A stretch of DNA of 32,532 nt from an uncultured Anaerolinea sp. (GCA_964456715.1 CAYWCH010000001.1:1-32532); one strand, 5' to 3'; positions 16,701 to 23,706 are shown, counted from the first letter of the stretch. Made by a program: numbers and translations. Notes: generated by a model not told the origin, from the sequence alone.

Positions 16701-19509
16701 AAAGGTGTTCACTGAAAAGATCGGCTTTATCATGGAATCCCAAGTTTTGATTCGGGGTGAATTACGCTGGTTCCGCACTTTCTATGAACCAATCATGGAT
16801 GAAAAGGGGAACGTGACCTCGGTTCTGATCAATGCCACCGCTATTGATGATTTGAAGAAAGCCCAGGAAGAACTGTTGGAGCTCAACCGTTCCCTCGAAG
16901 AAAGGATCAAGGAGCGCAGTGCTGAAGTGCAGGACCTCTATGACAACGCTCCCAATGGCTATTATTCATTGGATGAAAACGGTGTAATTATCCGTGCCAA
17001 TGAAACAACAATACGATGGCTGGGTTATTCGAGAGATGAATTGATTGGCAGGATATCTGTTCCTCAAATAACAACCCCCGAGAGTGCCAAAAAGTTTACG
17101 ACGAATTTTTCCATCTTTAAGAAACAGGGGTACATTTATGACCTTGAATTAGATTTCAAACGCAAGGATGGCAGTATTCTGCCTGTACTGGTCAATGGAA
17201 CGGCGGTTTATGATCAGGATGGCAATTTCCTTCACAGTCGTTCAACCATTTCAGATAACACTGAACGCAAGAAAAACGAGGATGCACTCCGTAAAAGTGA
17301 AATCACCTACCGGGCTTTGTTTGAAAACTCGAACGACGGCATCTTTTTACTTGATGCATCGGCAAAGATCATCAAGGTCAACCAAAGAGGCGCCCAAATG
17401 TTGGGTTATACCCCGACAGAGTATATGGAGCAGATCGGCAAAGACCCGACAATCCTGATCCCCAATGAACAAAAAGAGAATGCCAACAATATATTGAAAC
17501 TCATTTTGACCGGGGAAAAACTGCCAACATACGAACGGAGATTTATTACCAAATCCGGAAAACCGATTGAAACTGAGATCAACCTTTCAGGCATTCACGA
17601 TGAGAATGGCAAGGTCGTGTTGGTGCAAAGTGTGATACGCGATATCACCGAACGCAAGGCAATCGAAGCTGAGATACTGCGTATCAACAACCTCTCGGAT
17701 ACCGCCCTGCAGCTATCACACGCCGGCTACTGGTATGTGCCTTTGGATGGTTCGGAGAAGTACCTTTCATCCGATCGAGTTATCGAGATCCATGGTGATG
17801 AACCACACGCAGATTATCGCTACAACCTTGACAATGAATGGGCAGTTAATCTCCATGCCGCAGATGCTGAATTGGCTGCAGCAGCCGAGCAGAGTTTCCG
17901 TGATGTGACCTCCGGGAAAACCACTTGCTACGATATTGAATATCGATATAAACGTCCAAAAGACGGCAGGGTGATCTGGATCCATGCCATCGGTAATCCC
18001 GTTTACGATATCGAAGGGAAGCTGGTGGGTATTTCCGGGGTTTCGCAAGATATCACCACGCAAAAAGAGCTCGAACAGGCCCTGCAAAAAGCCAAAGAGG
18101 AAGCCGAAACTGCCAATCGTGCCAAGAGCACTTTCCTGGCCAACATGAGTCACGAGATCCGTACTCCCATGAACGCCATTCTTGGCTTTACCCAGATCCT
18201 GCAAAAAGATCGGGAAATCTCAGTGAAAAATCGCAACTACCTTGATGTGATCAGCCGCTCGGGCGATCACTTGCTTAGCCTCATCAATGAGATCCTCGAA
18301 ATGTCCAAGATCGAGGCAGGGCAGATCAAGTTCAACCCGGCTCCATTCGATCTGCACCAATTGGTCATTGATATCAAGAATATGTTCGATCAGCGCGTTG
18401 AAGCAAAGGGATTGAAATTATCCCTGCAGTTGGATCCAGAACTCGAGCAATATGTGATCACCGATGAGAACAAGCTCAAAGAGATCCTGATCAACCTCAT
18501 TGGCAATGCCATCAAATTCACCGAGAAGGGCGGTATCACTGTCCATTGCGCGACCAGAAAAGATCCCCAAGCCTCAGATCCCACAGCCATGCAATTGTTC
18601 ATTGATGTCGCGGATACCGGCTCGGGGATCGCCGCAGAAGATTTGCCCCTTCTGTTCAAACCTTTTGAACAGACCCTCAGCGGTGCGCAAATGATCGGTG
18701 GAACCGGTCTTGGGCTCGCCATCAGTCAGAATCACGCCAGGTTGCTCGGTGGAGAGATCACGGTTGACAGCGAATTGGCGAAGGGATCGACCTTCCATCT
18801 GCGCATCACAGCCCAGAAGAGCGAGCATCTTGACAGAGCATGGAATGAACCCAGCCTTGAAGTAATGGGATTGATCCCGGGGATTAATCCATTAAAGGTC
18901 CTCGTCGTGGATGATCACGAAGAGAACCGCCTGGTGATCAAGGAATTCCTCGAACCCATTGGTATCCTCACCATGAGTGCTGAGACCGGAGCCGCTGCCC
19001 TGGAGATAACGGAATCATGGAAACCCGACCTGATATTGATGGACCTGCGCATGCCGTATATGGATGGGTTTGAATGCGCCAAACGGGTGAAAAAGCTCAA
19101 ATGGGGCAAGCAAGTTCATATCATCGCAGTCACCGCATCCATCCTTGAAATGAATAAACAAAAAGTCTTTGAGGCTGGAATGACTGGCTTTTTGCGTAAG
19201 CCTTTCCGCGAAAACGAGCTGTTTACTGTGATCGAAGCCGAATTCGGAAGTGTATTCCAATACGCCAAACGGGAGGAAAAAAAGGCGCAACCTGCGCAGA
19301 AGTTCACGCTGACCCGTGAATCACTTTCGGTTTTACCCGCAGATTTGATCACGCAAATGGTTAATGCAACCAAAGCTGCTGAAATCGAGAAACTGACCGA
19401 TTTGATCGAGCGCGCCGCAGATTATTCGCAACCTGTGGCTGATCAATTGCAGGCTCTGGCGGATGGCTACCAGTATGATTACTTGTTAAAACTGCTCGGG
19501 GAAGGATAA
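10729..19509 (+). CDS. Giant hybrid sensor histidine kinase: ~15 PAS, 2-3 GAF, HisKA, HATPase_c, REC and a C-terminal helical tail
   Basis: Single 2,926-aa ORF. PAS modules are delimited by 14 D-I-T-E-(R/Q)-K-like junctions, for example at nt 11899, 12841, 13246, 13642, 14002, 14398, 14761, 15124, 15487, 16462, 16843, 17251, 17638 and 18046. GAF-like blocks lie at about aa 400-580 and 1600-1790. The H-box is FLANMSHEIRTPMNAI (His2475, nt 18151-18153). The N-box is LINLIGNAIKFT, G1 is DVADTGSGI, G2 is GGTGLGLAIS. The REC domain has VLVVDDHEENR, LILMDLRMPYMDG (Asp2772, nt 19042-19044) and FLRKPF. I recognised no hydrophobic TM segment. Confidence 0.95.
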   Translation: MKNLIPDEVASPENNFTTESEIMHLYDDIGYGVLFHSPDGTIIKANKAACRLLGLPASQLLGKKITDPPWHFFHEDGSPLLKSEMPSHASPNAKVYSDQIIVGVYYSESKKVLWIKITVKPFSRPNPGSLSKVISILTDHSKEHQLEERRKELKAFTSLTQLAEQKGLSLDDLYQKTIDMLPACWQYPSVTCGRMVIHGKEYRTENYRATKWVQSSPISIMSEVIGFIEVSYLKERVPEKEGPFLAEERTLLNSIAERVGRIAERVQSEQQLQKDRDFRDLALRAGNLGIWKHDLVADKVFLDDRAQIHFGIDKPVISSQEFLNRIHPDDLQRTFQESQNAAKKKLTSQISTEYRIVQPDGKFRWILTQSKITYIKTPTGLKPVSATGTSQDITERKEMEESLKQKTRALRVLTNCNQALMRFDDEIKLLSEICRIAVEDGGYRMAWVGFAQHDAEKSVIPVAEHGFEVGYLKSAAITWADTDRGQGPGGTAIRTKKTYVNQNIRTNPKFAPWREAAQKQGYSSSIALPIIVKNEAIGAFMLYSQEPEAFAEDEQELLNELVLDISFGIENLRARLFQKQLQVDLDQAYNQYKLIADNTDDVIWVWDVQTNCYAYISPSVQKTHLISPKEAIKMDFKQVLTPESATKVGGVIAKSMPAILAGRPTRSTTLELDQFRADGSIIPTETTVRLVKTSQGRIQIVGISRDISERKKLESVNRETSARLQAALGSMTDAVFISDLQGNFIELNDAFATFHRFKSKEEHAKTMAEYPDFLEVYLADGTLAPPEMWAIPRALRGEIGTNVEYGQKRKDTGESWFSSYSFAPIRDDNGEIIGAVAVGRDITEKKRIEELLRRANLDYRMITENTDDVIWSLDVESESFTYLSPSNNRLLGFSPEEVLDRKLDEILTPESYEIAKDIFTRSSAAFARGELLRSDPIELWQKRKDNSLVPTEVRINTAIAEDGRLQLVGITRDITERKKAEEALRQSEEKFRTTFDNMIEGVQILSSDLLYMYINNTTEQQSRVKIEELLGKKFTEVWPGIDGTELYSNMNKCLNDQVPVNMENLFAYPDGTSRWFNLKMQPIPEGLLILSEEITEQKRVLDELRKTTANYQLIADHSTDVIWVIDAETLKFTYVSPSVEKLRGYTSDEVLQQTAADSLTPASMAIVQKLLTDNLPAFIKDGISPSLTIELEQPHKNGAIVPTEVSTTLAYNENGKIQVIGITRDITERKRAEEALRISRDTNQAILDATLESMFLMDTDGTILSVNQTGAERLHKTQEQMRGTNIFTHFPESLVESRRVEFKKVIDTASPVSFEDERDGQYFQINLYPVFDQTSKVNRVVSYGRDVTESHKIEDTLRQNEATKRAILNSTLESVFMVDLQGKILSVNPAGARRMGKSPEELLGQNFFALLPPKVVELRKSKIQEVIRTGKPVLFEDERAGRYYQNNMYPIKDADNNVKSVVFYANDTTEAYQAREKLLESEENNRAILNATLEAVYLIKPNGEVIMANESGAHRYGCTTESIRGRIIYDFVGKELAAIRRKNVAEATKSKKPLSFENTGDGRVFFSNVYPLFDKNGKVNRLAIYTTDITEQKLAEIESQQHTQDVSLINDINAGLNEDKKFKQITALLDERIKTNFNAMGVAFYLVSDDGKSLLTSSFSLPQGLEKMIEDLIGGHIPVVSIPIHPQGVYSEPFYSGKSAIITDKNAIGSRIAEIIEADKGSKKVKSLYKKLTPTIMKMLRTKSIIAIPLFSNDRPLGLLEISSTDVFSQRDLERLEAISQQLTSAIVRKQTEDELRAATEKFEELVNTIPQVFWIMDNLQRKMVYVSPTIEKMWGIKPAEYLLDHSITRNNIFAEDIEPLTFLAQKRMQGQEIEVEYRMHHPDGTFHWIRDHSYPVFDEKNNLIRTIGMFTDITDQKKAEQELRRSEEKYRVLMESLDNSITMVSDNGTILYINDVGAYQVGRNAKGVIGKRLHDLFPTSFADSQLQIIKKVFTEKIGFIMESQVLIRGELRWFRTFYEPIMDEKGNVTSVLINATAIDDLKKAQEELLELNRSLEERIKERSAEVQDLYDNAPNGYYSLDENGVIIRANETTIRWLGYSRDELIGRISVPQITTPESAKKFTTNFSIFKKQGYIYDLELDFKRKDGSILPVLVNGTAVYDQDGNFLHSRSTISDNTERKKNEDALRKSEITYRALFENSNDGIFLLDASAKIIKVNQRGAQMLGYTPTEYMEQIGKDPTILIPNEQKENANNILKLILTGEKLPTYERRFITKSGKPIETEINLSGIHDENGKVVLVQSVIRDITERKAIEAEILRINNLSDTALQLSHAGYWYVPLDGSEKYLSSDRVIEIHGDEPHADYRYNLDNEWAVNLHAADAELAAAAEQSFRDVTSGKTTCYDIEYRYKRPKDGRVIWIHAIGNPVYDIEGKLVGISGVSQDITTQKELEQALQKAKEEAETANRAKSTFLANMSHEIRTPMNAILGFTQILQKDREISVKNRNYLDVISRSGDHLLSLINEILEMSKIEAGQIKFNPAPFDLHQLVIDIKNMFDQRVEAKGLKLSLQLDPELEQYVITDENKLKEILINLIGNAIKFTEKGGITVHCATRKDPQASDPTAMQLFIDVADTGSGIAAEDLPLLFKPFEQTLSGAQMIGGTGLGLAISQNHARLLGGEITVDSELAKGSTFHLRITAQKSEHLDRAWNEPSLEVMGLIPGINPLKVLVVDDHEENRLVIKEFLEPIGILTMSAETGAAALEITESWKPDLILMDLRMPYMDGFECAKRVKKLKWGKQVHIIAVTASILEMNKQKVFEAGMTGFLRKPFRENELFTVIEAEFGSVFQYAKREEKKAQPAQKFTLTRESLSVLPADLITQMVNATKAAEIEKLTDLIERAADYSQPVADQLQALADGYQYDYLLKLLGEG

Positions 19510-19513
19510 AACC

Positions 19514-20593
19514 ATGGACCTCGACCTCTCGATCATCGCACGAAACGCCAATATACTCGTGGTTGACGATACAGTTGAGAACCTCACCTTGCTCACCCAC
19601 ATGCTCAAAGACTGCGGTTACCTGGCTCGTCCGGTTCCAAACGGGCGCCTGGCATTGCAGGCTGCCCGCAGTGAAAGACCCGACTTGATCCTGCTCGACA
19701 TTAACATGCCAGAGATGGACGGGTATGAGGTCTGCCGGATCTTAAAGAAGGATCCCGGATTATCAACCATTCCGGTGCTGTTCATCAGCGCGCTCACTGA
19801 AACGCCCGAGAAGATCAAGGCGTTCGACGCTGGCGGCCTTGACTACATCACCAAACCATTTCAATTTGAAGAAGTGAAAGCCAGGGTGGAAACGCATCTA
19901 AAGTTGAGCAAACTGCAGCACAACCTCGAAGATCAAGTGGCTTCTCAGGTAATGGAGATCACCGCGCTGCAAATGGGCATGATCTTTGGCCTGGCCAAAC
20001 TGGCAGAATGCCGAGATACTGATACCGGCAAACATCTGGAGCGCATCCAGATCCTGTGCCGGCTTTTTGCCGAGGAATTGCATACAATGCCGACTTATTC
20101 CAATCATGTCACCGCCTCCTATTGCGAGCGCATCTTCCACGCCAGTCCGCTTCATGATATTGGCAAGGTGGGCATCCCCGACAATATTCTGCTTAAACCC
20201 GGCAAGCTCACGCCCGATGAATTTGAGATCATGAAAACCCACACTACAATCGGCGCCGAAACCTTGCGCGAGGTTCAAATACGCTTCCCGGATAACAAAT
20301 TTGTCGACATGGGAATTCGCATCGCCCAGGGACATCACGAAAAATGGAACGGGCAGGGATACCCCAACGGGAGCAAGGAAAAAAACATCCCGCTAAGCGC
20401 GCGCATTATGGCCATTGTGGATGTCTACGATGCTGTGCGTTCCAAACGGGTCTACAAACCGACCGTTTCACACGAAGAGACGTGCGCCATTATCCGCGAA
20501 GGCGCCGGCACTCACTTCGACCCTGACCTGGTTGATGTGTTCGGCCGTCTCAAGGGCGATTTTGCCGAGGTCTGGTCCAGTCTACAGGATTAA
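19514..20593 (+). CDS. Response regulator with HD-GYP output domain (predicted c-di-GMP phosphodiesterase, RpfG-like)
   Basis: REC domain: ILVVDDTVENL, LILLDINMPEMDG (Asp62, nt 19697-19699), ITKPF. HD-GYP domain: ASPLHDIGKVGIP and GHHEKWNGQGYP. The start is 4 nt after the kinase stop, and its SD (GAAGGA) lies inside the kinase 3' end. Confidence 0.92.
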   Translation: MDLDLSIIARNANILVVDDTVENLTLLTHMLKDCGYLARPVPNGRLALQAARSERPDLILLDINMPEMDGYEVCRILKKDPGLSTIPVLFISALTETPEKIKAFDAGGLDYITKPFQFEEVKARVETHLKLSKLQHNLEDQVASQVMEITALQMGMIFGLAKLAECRDTDTGKHLERIQILCRLFAEELHTMPTYSNHVTASYCERIFHASPLHDIGKVGIPDNILLKPGKLTPDEFEIMKTHTTIGAETLREVQIRFPDNKFVDMGIRIAQGHHEKWNGQGYPNGSKEKNIPLSARIMAIVDVYDAVRSKRVYKPTVSHEETCAIIREGAGTHFDPDLVDVFGRLKGDFAEVWSSLQD

Positions 20594-20684
20594 GTCATAT
20601 ATGATCACGAATAGCACAAAAGGAAAAATCGTGCGATTAGTTAAAGACCATTTATTTGAAATTCACGCTTTTTGCTCTTAGCGC

Positions 20685-20713
20685 TTGATATTCTTTTCGG
20701 GTTATGATAGAAT
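20685..20713 (+). promoter_or_regulatory. Candidate sigma70 promoter TTGATA-17 nt-TAGAAT for the ArsR-DUF2087 gene
   Basis: ttgata at 20685-20690, a 17-nt spacer, tagaat at 20708-20713. It lies 41 nt upstream of ATG 20754. Confidence 0.5.
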
Positions 20714-20735
20714 CATTTCGATGAGCAACGAAATG
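20714..20735. promoter_or_regulatory. Inverted repeat CATTTCG-N8-CGAAATG abutting the -10 box (candidate autoregulatory operator)
   Basis: catttcg (20714-20720) and cgaaatg (20729-20735) are perfect reverse complements. They cover the predicted transcription start region of the ArsR-family gene. Confidence 0.4.
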
Positions 20736-20753
20736 TTCTAAAGGATATGCGAT

Positions 20754-21323
20754 ATGAATCAAGAGAGTTTGAATACCAAATTACTTGAATTTTTCAAGAC
20801 CCTGGCTGATGAAAAACGTCTCAAGATCATCGGTTTGTTGGCCCAGCGTGAGTATTCCGTGGAAGAATTGGCCACCACCCTCGATCTGAGCGCGTCGACC
20901 ACCTCGCATCACCTGTCTTATCTCACTCATTCAGGGTTGACCAGCGCGCGCGTGCAAGGGCACTACTATTACTATTCATTGAAATTCGAAACCATCCGCG
21001 AGATGGCCGGCAAGCTTCTGCGTGAAGAGAACCTGCCCGCGCTCAGCCAGGACCTCTCCACCGACACGTACGAACGTAAGGTGATGACCGCTTTTGTCGA
21101 CAGGGAAGGCCGGGTGATCTCTTTCCCTGAGAAGGAAAAGAAGCTGTTGGTGATTTTGAATTACATCGTCAAGGCCTTCGAACCGGATAAAAAGTATCCT
21201 GAAAAAGAGGTCAACGAGATCCTGCTGCGCTTCAATAAGGACACAGCCTTCATACGCCGCAGCCTGGTGGAATACAAACTCATGTCCCGCGAGGGCGGCG
21301 GCGGAAGCTATTGGAGATTATGA
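20754..21323 (+). CDS. ArsR-family winged-helix regulator fused to a DUF2087-like C-terminal domain
   Basis: The N-terminus LADEKRLKIIGLLAQREYSVEELATTLDLSASTTSHHLSYLTHSGL is an ArsR/SmtB HTH. The C-terminus YPEKEVNEILLRFNKDTAFIRRSLVEYKLM reads like DUF2087. The 189-aa product contains no cysteine. Confidence 0.8.
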   Translation: MNQESLNTKLLEFFKTLADEKRLKIIGLLAQREYSVEELATTLDLSASTTSHHLSYLTHSGLTSARVQGHYYYYSLKFETIREMAGKLLREENLPALSQDLSTDTYERKVMTAFVDREGRVISFPEKEKKLLVILNYIVKAFEPDKKYPEKEVNEILLRFNKDTAFIRRSLVEYKLMSREGGGGSYWRL

Positions 21324-21345
21324 AACAGTTATAAAAGATACTTTC

Positions 21346-21372
21346 ACGCCCTCAACTTTAGGTTGAGGGCGT
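21346..21372. terminator. Hairpin terminator between convergent genes
   Basis: acgccctcaac (21346-21356) pairs with gttgagggcgt (21362-21372), giving an 11-bp stem and a 5-nt loop. It sits between stops at 21323 (+) and 21391 (-). The T-tract is weak (gttgatc). Confidence 0.6.
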
Positions 21373-21390
21373 GTTGATCATTGCCTGTGA

Positions 21391-22047
21391 CTAAAACCTG
21401 TCAAACTTCGCCAGCAGGTCCTGCAGAGCGCCGCTTGTCCACTGATAACGAAGCAAATAGAAGCCGTACTTGAGGTATTCCTGGATCACCACCTTGCGTG
21501 AAGCAGAATCCTTCCACCAGGACTTTGAGTATCCGGTCTCTTCGAAGGGTACCGGTGCCATCAAAACGGTGATCTCGCTGCCCAACACCTTCTCGTACGC
21601 CCACTTGGCGCGCTTGGTATGGTAGGGGTCGGTAACGACGATGATGGTGTCGATCTTGCCGGGGTGAGCGTCCACATAGGCTTTGACACGCTCAGCCTCC
21701 TCATAGGTGGAGACCACGGTGGATTCGTCCGCGGTGATCTCTTCGGGCGGCACACCGATGGTGGTGGCCAGGTACTGGCTCCACGCCGCGGTATACCGTT
21801 CGTCAAACTCATTATAGCCGCCGGTGTAGAACAAGCGCGGCGCCAGACTTGCTTTACATAATTCAGCAGCATACAGGGCACGGTAATCCGGGCCGCTGAC
21901 GGAGGTGATCAGGTCCGCTTTCTTCAGTTCATCCGAGACGATGAGATTCTCGCCCATGCTCTTCAGGATGGGTTTGGCAAAGACCACCCCCAACAACAGG
22001 ATGAGCAGCAGGGCGATCCAGAATGTTCCTCTTCGTTGTGTTTTCAT
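21391..22047 (-). CDS. YdcF/DUF218 (ElyC/SanA-like) family protein with an N-terminal membrane anchor
   Basis: The N-terminal helix is FWIALLLILLLGVVFA. DUF218-like motifs: LFYTGGYN and IIVVTDPYHTKRAKWAYE. Confidence 0.8.
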   Translation of the reverse strand: MKTQRRGTFWIALLLILLLGVVFAKPILKSMGENLIVSDELKKADLITSVSGPDYRALYAAELCKASLAPRLFYTGGYNEFDERYTAAWSQYLATTIGVPPEEITADESTVVSTYEEAERVKAYVDAHPGKIDTIIVVTDPYHTKRAKWAYEKVLGSEITVLMAPVPFEETGYSKSWWKDSASRKVVIQEYLKYGFYLLRYQWTSGALQDLLAKFDRF

Positions 22048-22231
22048 TGTTCTTCCTTAGTGGCTAATAATCAGCCAATTCGGGAAGGATAACACAAAAC
22101 CAAGCAACCGGAATTTTCAAATCTGGGAGAACATATGGAAAAAGATTCCTGCAAAATCGCGATCTCGCTTTCAGATGCATAAAGGAAATATATAACTGCA
22201 TTTATAATTCAATTCAAAGGAGAGGGTAACT

Positions 22232-22828
22232 ATGATCACTATTGACACAAAACGAATTCTCTCGAACGCAGATCTTGTGAAAAAGGATGAGGAGCAACGT
22301 GCTTTGTTTGCCCAAATCGACATTGACCCAAATCAGACCATACTCGATATCCGCTCCGGGAGAATTGTAGTCATTGATCCCACTTATCTGGCAGATATTT
22401 ATAATGGAAACAATGAGAAGGAGATGTTTCTAAAAGAGAATGGGGTATTGCTGACTGATTTTAACGGTGAATACGGAGGGCTTTGTGTTCCCACGAAAGA
22501 GGGCGGATTAAAGTTCTTACAGGTTTTTGACACCGATGCCTATGAAACGAACAAATCAATAATCCTACCCGGTTCGCCTGAGAAACCGGAAAAAACAAAA
22601 ATACTGGTCGACGGACTGGCCTGTGATAGCGGCAGCTATATTTTTCTGGATTACAGCAATGAATTCAGAAAACTCTTCAAAGAGGAGATAATCAGTAACC
22701 AAGAATCCATGCTCATCACCCGCTTACGCCGTAGGAAATATCTGGTGGCATATGAGCAATGGGAACTTCCACCAGACGAAATTGAAGAACGATTTGCACG
22801 GAACTTGGTTGTATTACCCATTCGTTAA
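22232..22828 (+). CDS. Hypothetical protein (orphan, low GC)
   Basis: 198-aa ORF with a strong SD (AAGGAGAGGG, 6 nt before the ATG) and a terminator hairpin 9 nt after the stop. I recognised no family. The composition is clearly more AT-rich than the neighbours. Confidence 0.7.
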   Translation: MITIDTKRILSNADLVKKDEEQRALFAQIDIDPNQTILDIRSGRIVVIDPTYLADIYNGNNEKEMFLKENGVLLTDFNGEYGGLCVPTKEGGLKFLQVFDTDAYETNKSIILPGSPEKPEKTKILVDGLACDSGSYIFLDYSNEFRKLFKEEIISNQESMLITRLRRRKYLVAYEQWELPPDEIEERFARNLVVLPIR

Positions 22829-22836
22829 GCAGCAAA

Positions 22837-22860
22837 AACCGCCGGAAAATTCCGGCGGTT
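22837..22860. terminator. Bidirectional hairpin terminator
   Basis: aaccgccgga (22837-22846) pairs with tccggcggtt (22851-22860), giving a 10-bp stem and loop aaat. It sits between convergent stops at 22828 (+) and 22882 (-). Confidence 0.7.
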
Positions 22861-22881
22861 CGCATTCTTCTCGAAATTGGT

Positions 22882-23586
22882 TTACTTCACACTCACCGTC
22901 TCGCCGGTGAGGTCGATCACCACCGGATCAGTGACGATGCCGCAGTATTCCGGGTAGTAGATGGTGAGTGTCCTGGCGCGCGGTGACAGGGTGGGATAAA
23001 GCTGGGTCTCGACCAGGTAGGTCTTCCCGGCAGGCAGGCGCACCATATCTTCCTGCTTAAGTGAAGGTTGATTGGTGGTATGAGTAATGCCCAGATTGTC
23101 GATAGCGTAGACGTTGCGGTTGAGGTAAAGGCAAAAATGGTCAGTGCGGTTGTAGAGCAGGGTGCTGAACGACATGGCTACGCCCTCGTTGGTAAACTCA
23201 GGGAGGGTCAGCAGCACCAGATCACCGCTTGGGCTCATCCACTTATATGGAGAAAACTTGACGCCGTAATCCAGGGCGGCATCGGCAGCCTGGCGATAGC
23301 GTTCCGGCGCCCAGCCGGTGCCGCGGATGCACATATCTGTCACAAATCCCAGCACCAGTCCAAAGATGGCAGCAAAGATCGCTATGGTAGGGATAGCCTG
23401 CTTTCGTTTATCTGCACGCAGGGCATTTTCCTGCGCTTGTTCGATCAGGCTGGACTTGATCTCCTGGGCAATGTCCGCACCGCAAGAGCTGCAACGTTCT
23501 TCGCCCGAGCTGTTTTGGAATCCGCACTTAGGGCAGACACAATACGGCTTTTCTTTAACAAATATAAACCTTTTGCTCGCGGCCAT
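22882..23586 (-). CDS. Zinc-ribbon domain membrane protein with an extracytoplasmic beta-rich C-terminal domain
   Basis: CPKCGFQNSSGEERCSSCGA is a zinc ribbon. There is one TM helix (AIPTIAIFAAIFGLVLGFV) and then a beta-rich domain of about 150 aa. Strong SD (AAGGAGAG) before ATG 23586. Confidence 0.8.
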   Translation of the reverse strand: MAASKRFIFVKEKPYCVCPKCGFQNSSGEERCSSCGADIAQEIKSSLIEQAQENALRADKRKQAIPTIAIFAAIFGLVLGFVTDMCIRGTGWAPERYRQAADAALDYGVKFSPYKWMSPSGDLVLLTLPEFTNEGVAMSFSTLLYNRTDHFCLYLNRNVYAIDNLGITHTTNQPSLKQEDMVRLPAGKTYLVETQLYPTLSPRARTLTIYYPEYCGIVTDPVVIDLTGETVSVK

Positions 23587-23678
23587 AGCCTCTCCTTCAA
23601 ATGTTCAAGCAAGTGAACTTTTTTAATTATATATCACCAGTAAAGGGCCAAACAATCGAAATTAAGAAAACACACTGT

Positions 23679-23706
23679 TTGAATTGACAAATGGAATCGT
23701 TATAAT
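23679..23706 (+). promoter_or_regulatory. Candidate sigma70 promoter TTGAAT-16 nt-TATAAT for the lipoprotein gene
   Basis: ttgaat at 23679-23684, a 16-nt spacer, tataat at 23701-23706. It lies 63 nt upstream of ATG 23770. Confidence 0.45.

Noticed and set aside
19246-19506. An Hpt (histidine phosphotransfer) domain at the C-terminus of the hybrid kinase.
   Set aside because: The tail contains no histidine, so it cannot be a functional Hpt domain. It is reported instead as an uncharacterised tail.
22135-22182. 15-codon mini-ORF (MEKDSCKIAISLSDA) with a GGGAGA-like SD upstream of the orphan gene. I considered it as a leader peptide.
   Set aside because: It has no attenuator-like alternative hairpins and no conservation evidence. 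Short ORFs of this size are expected by chance in AT-rich spacers.
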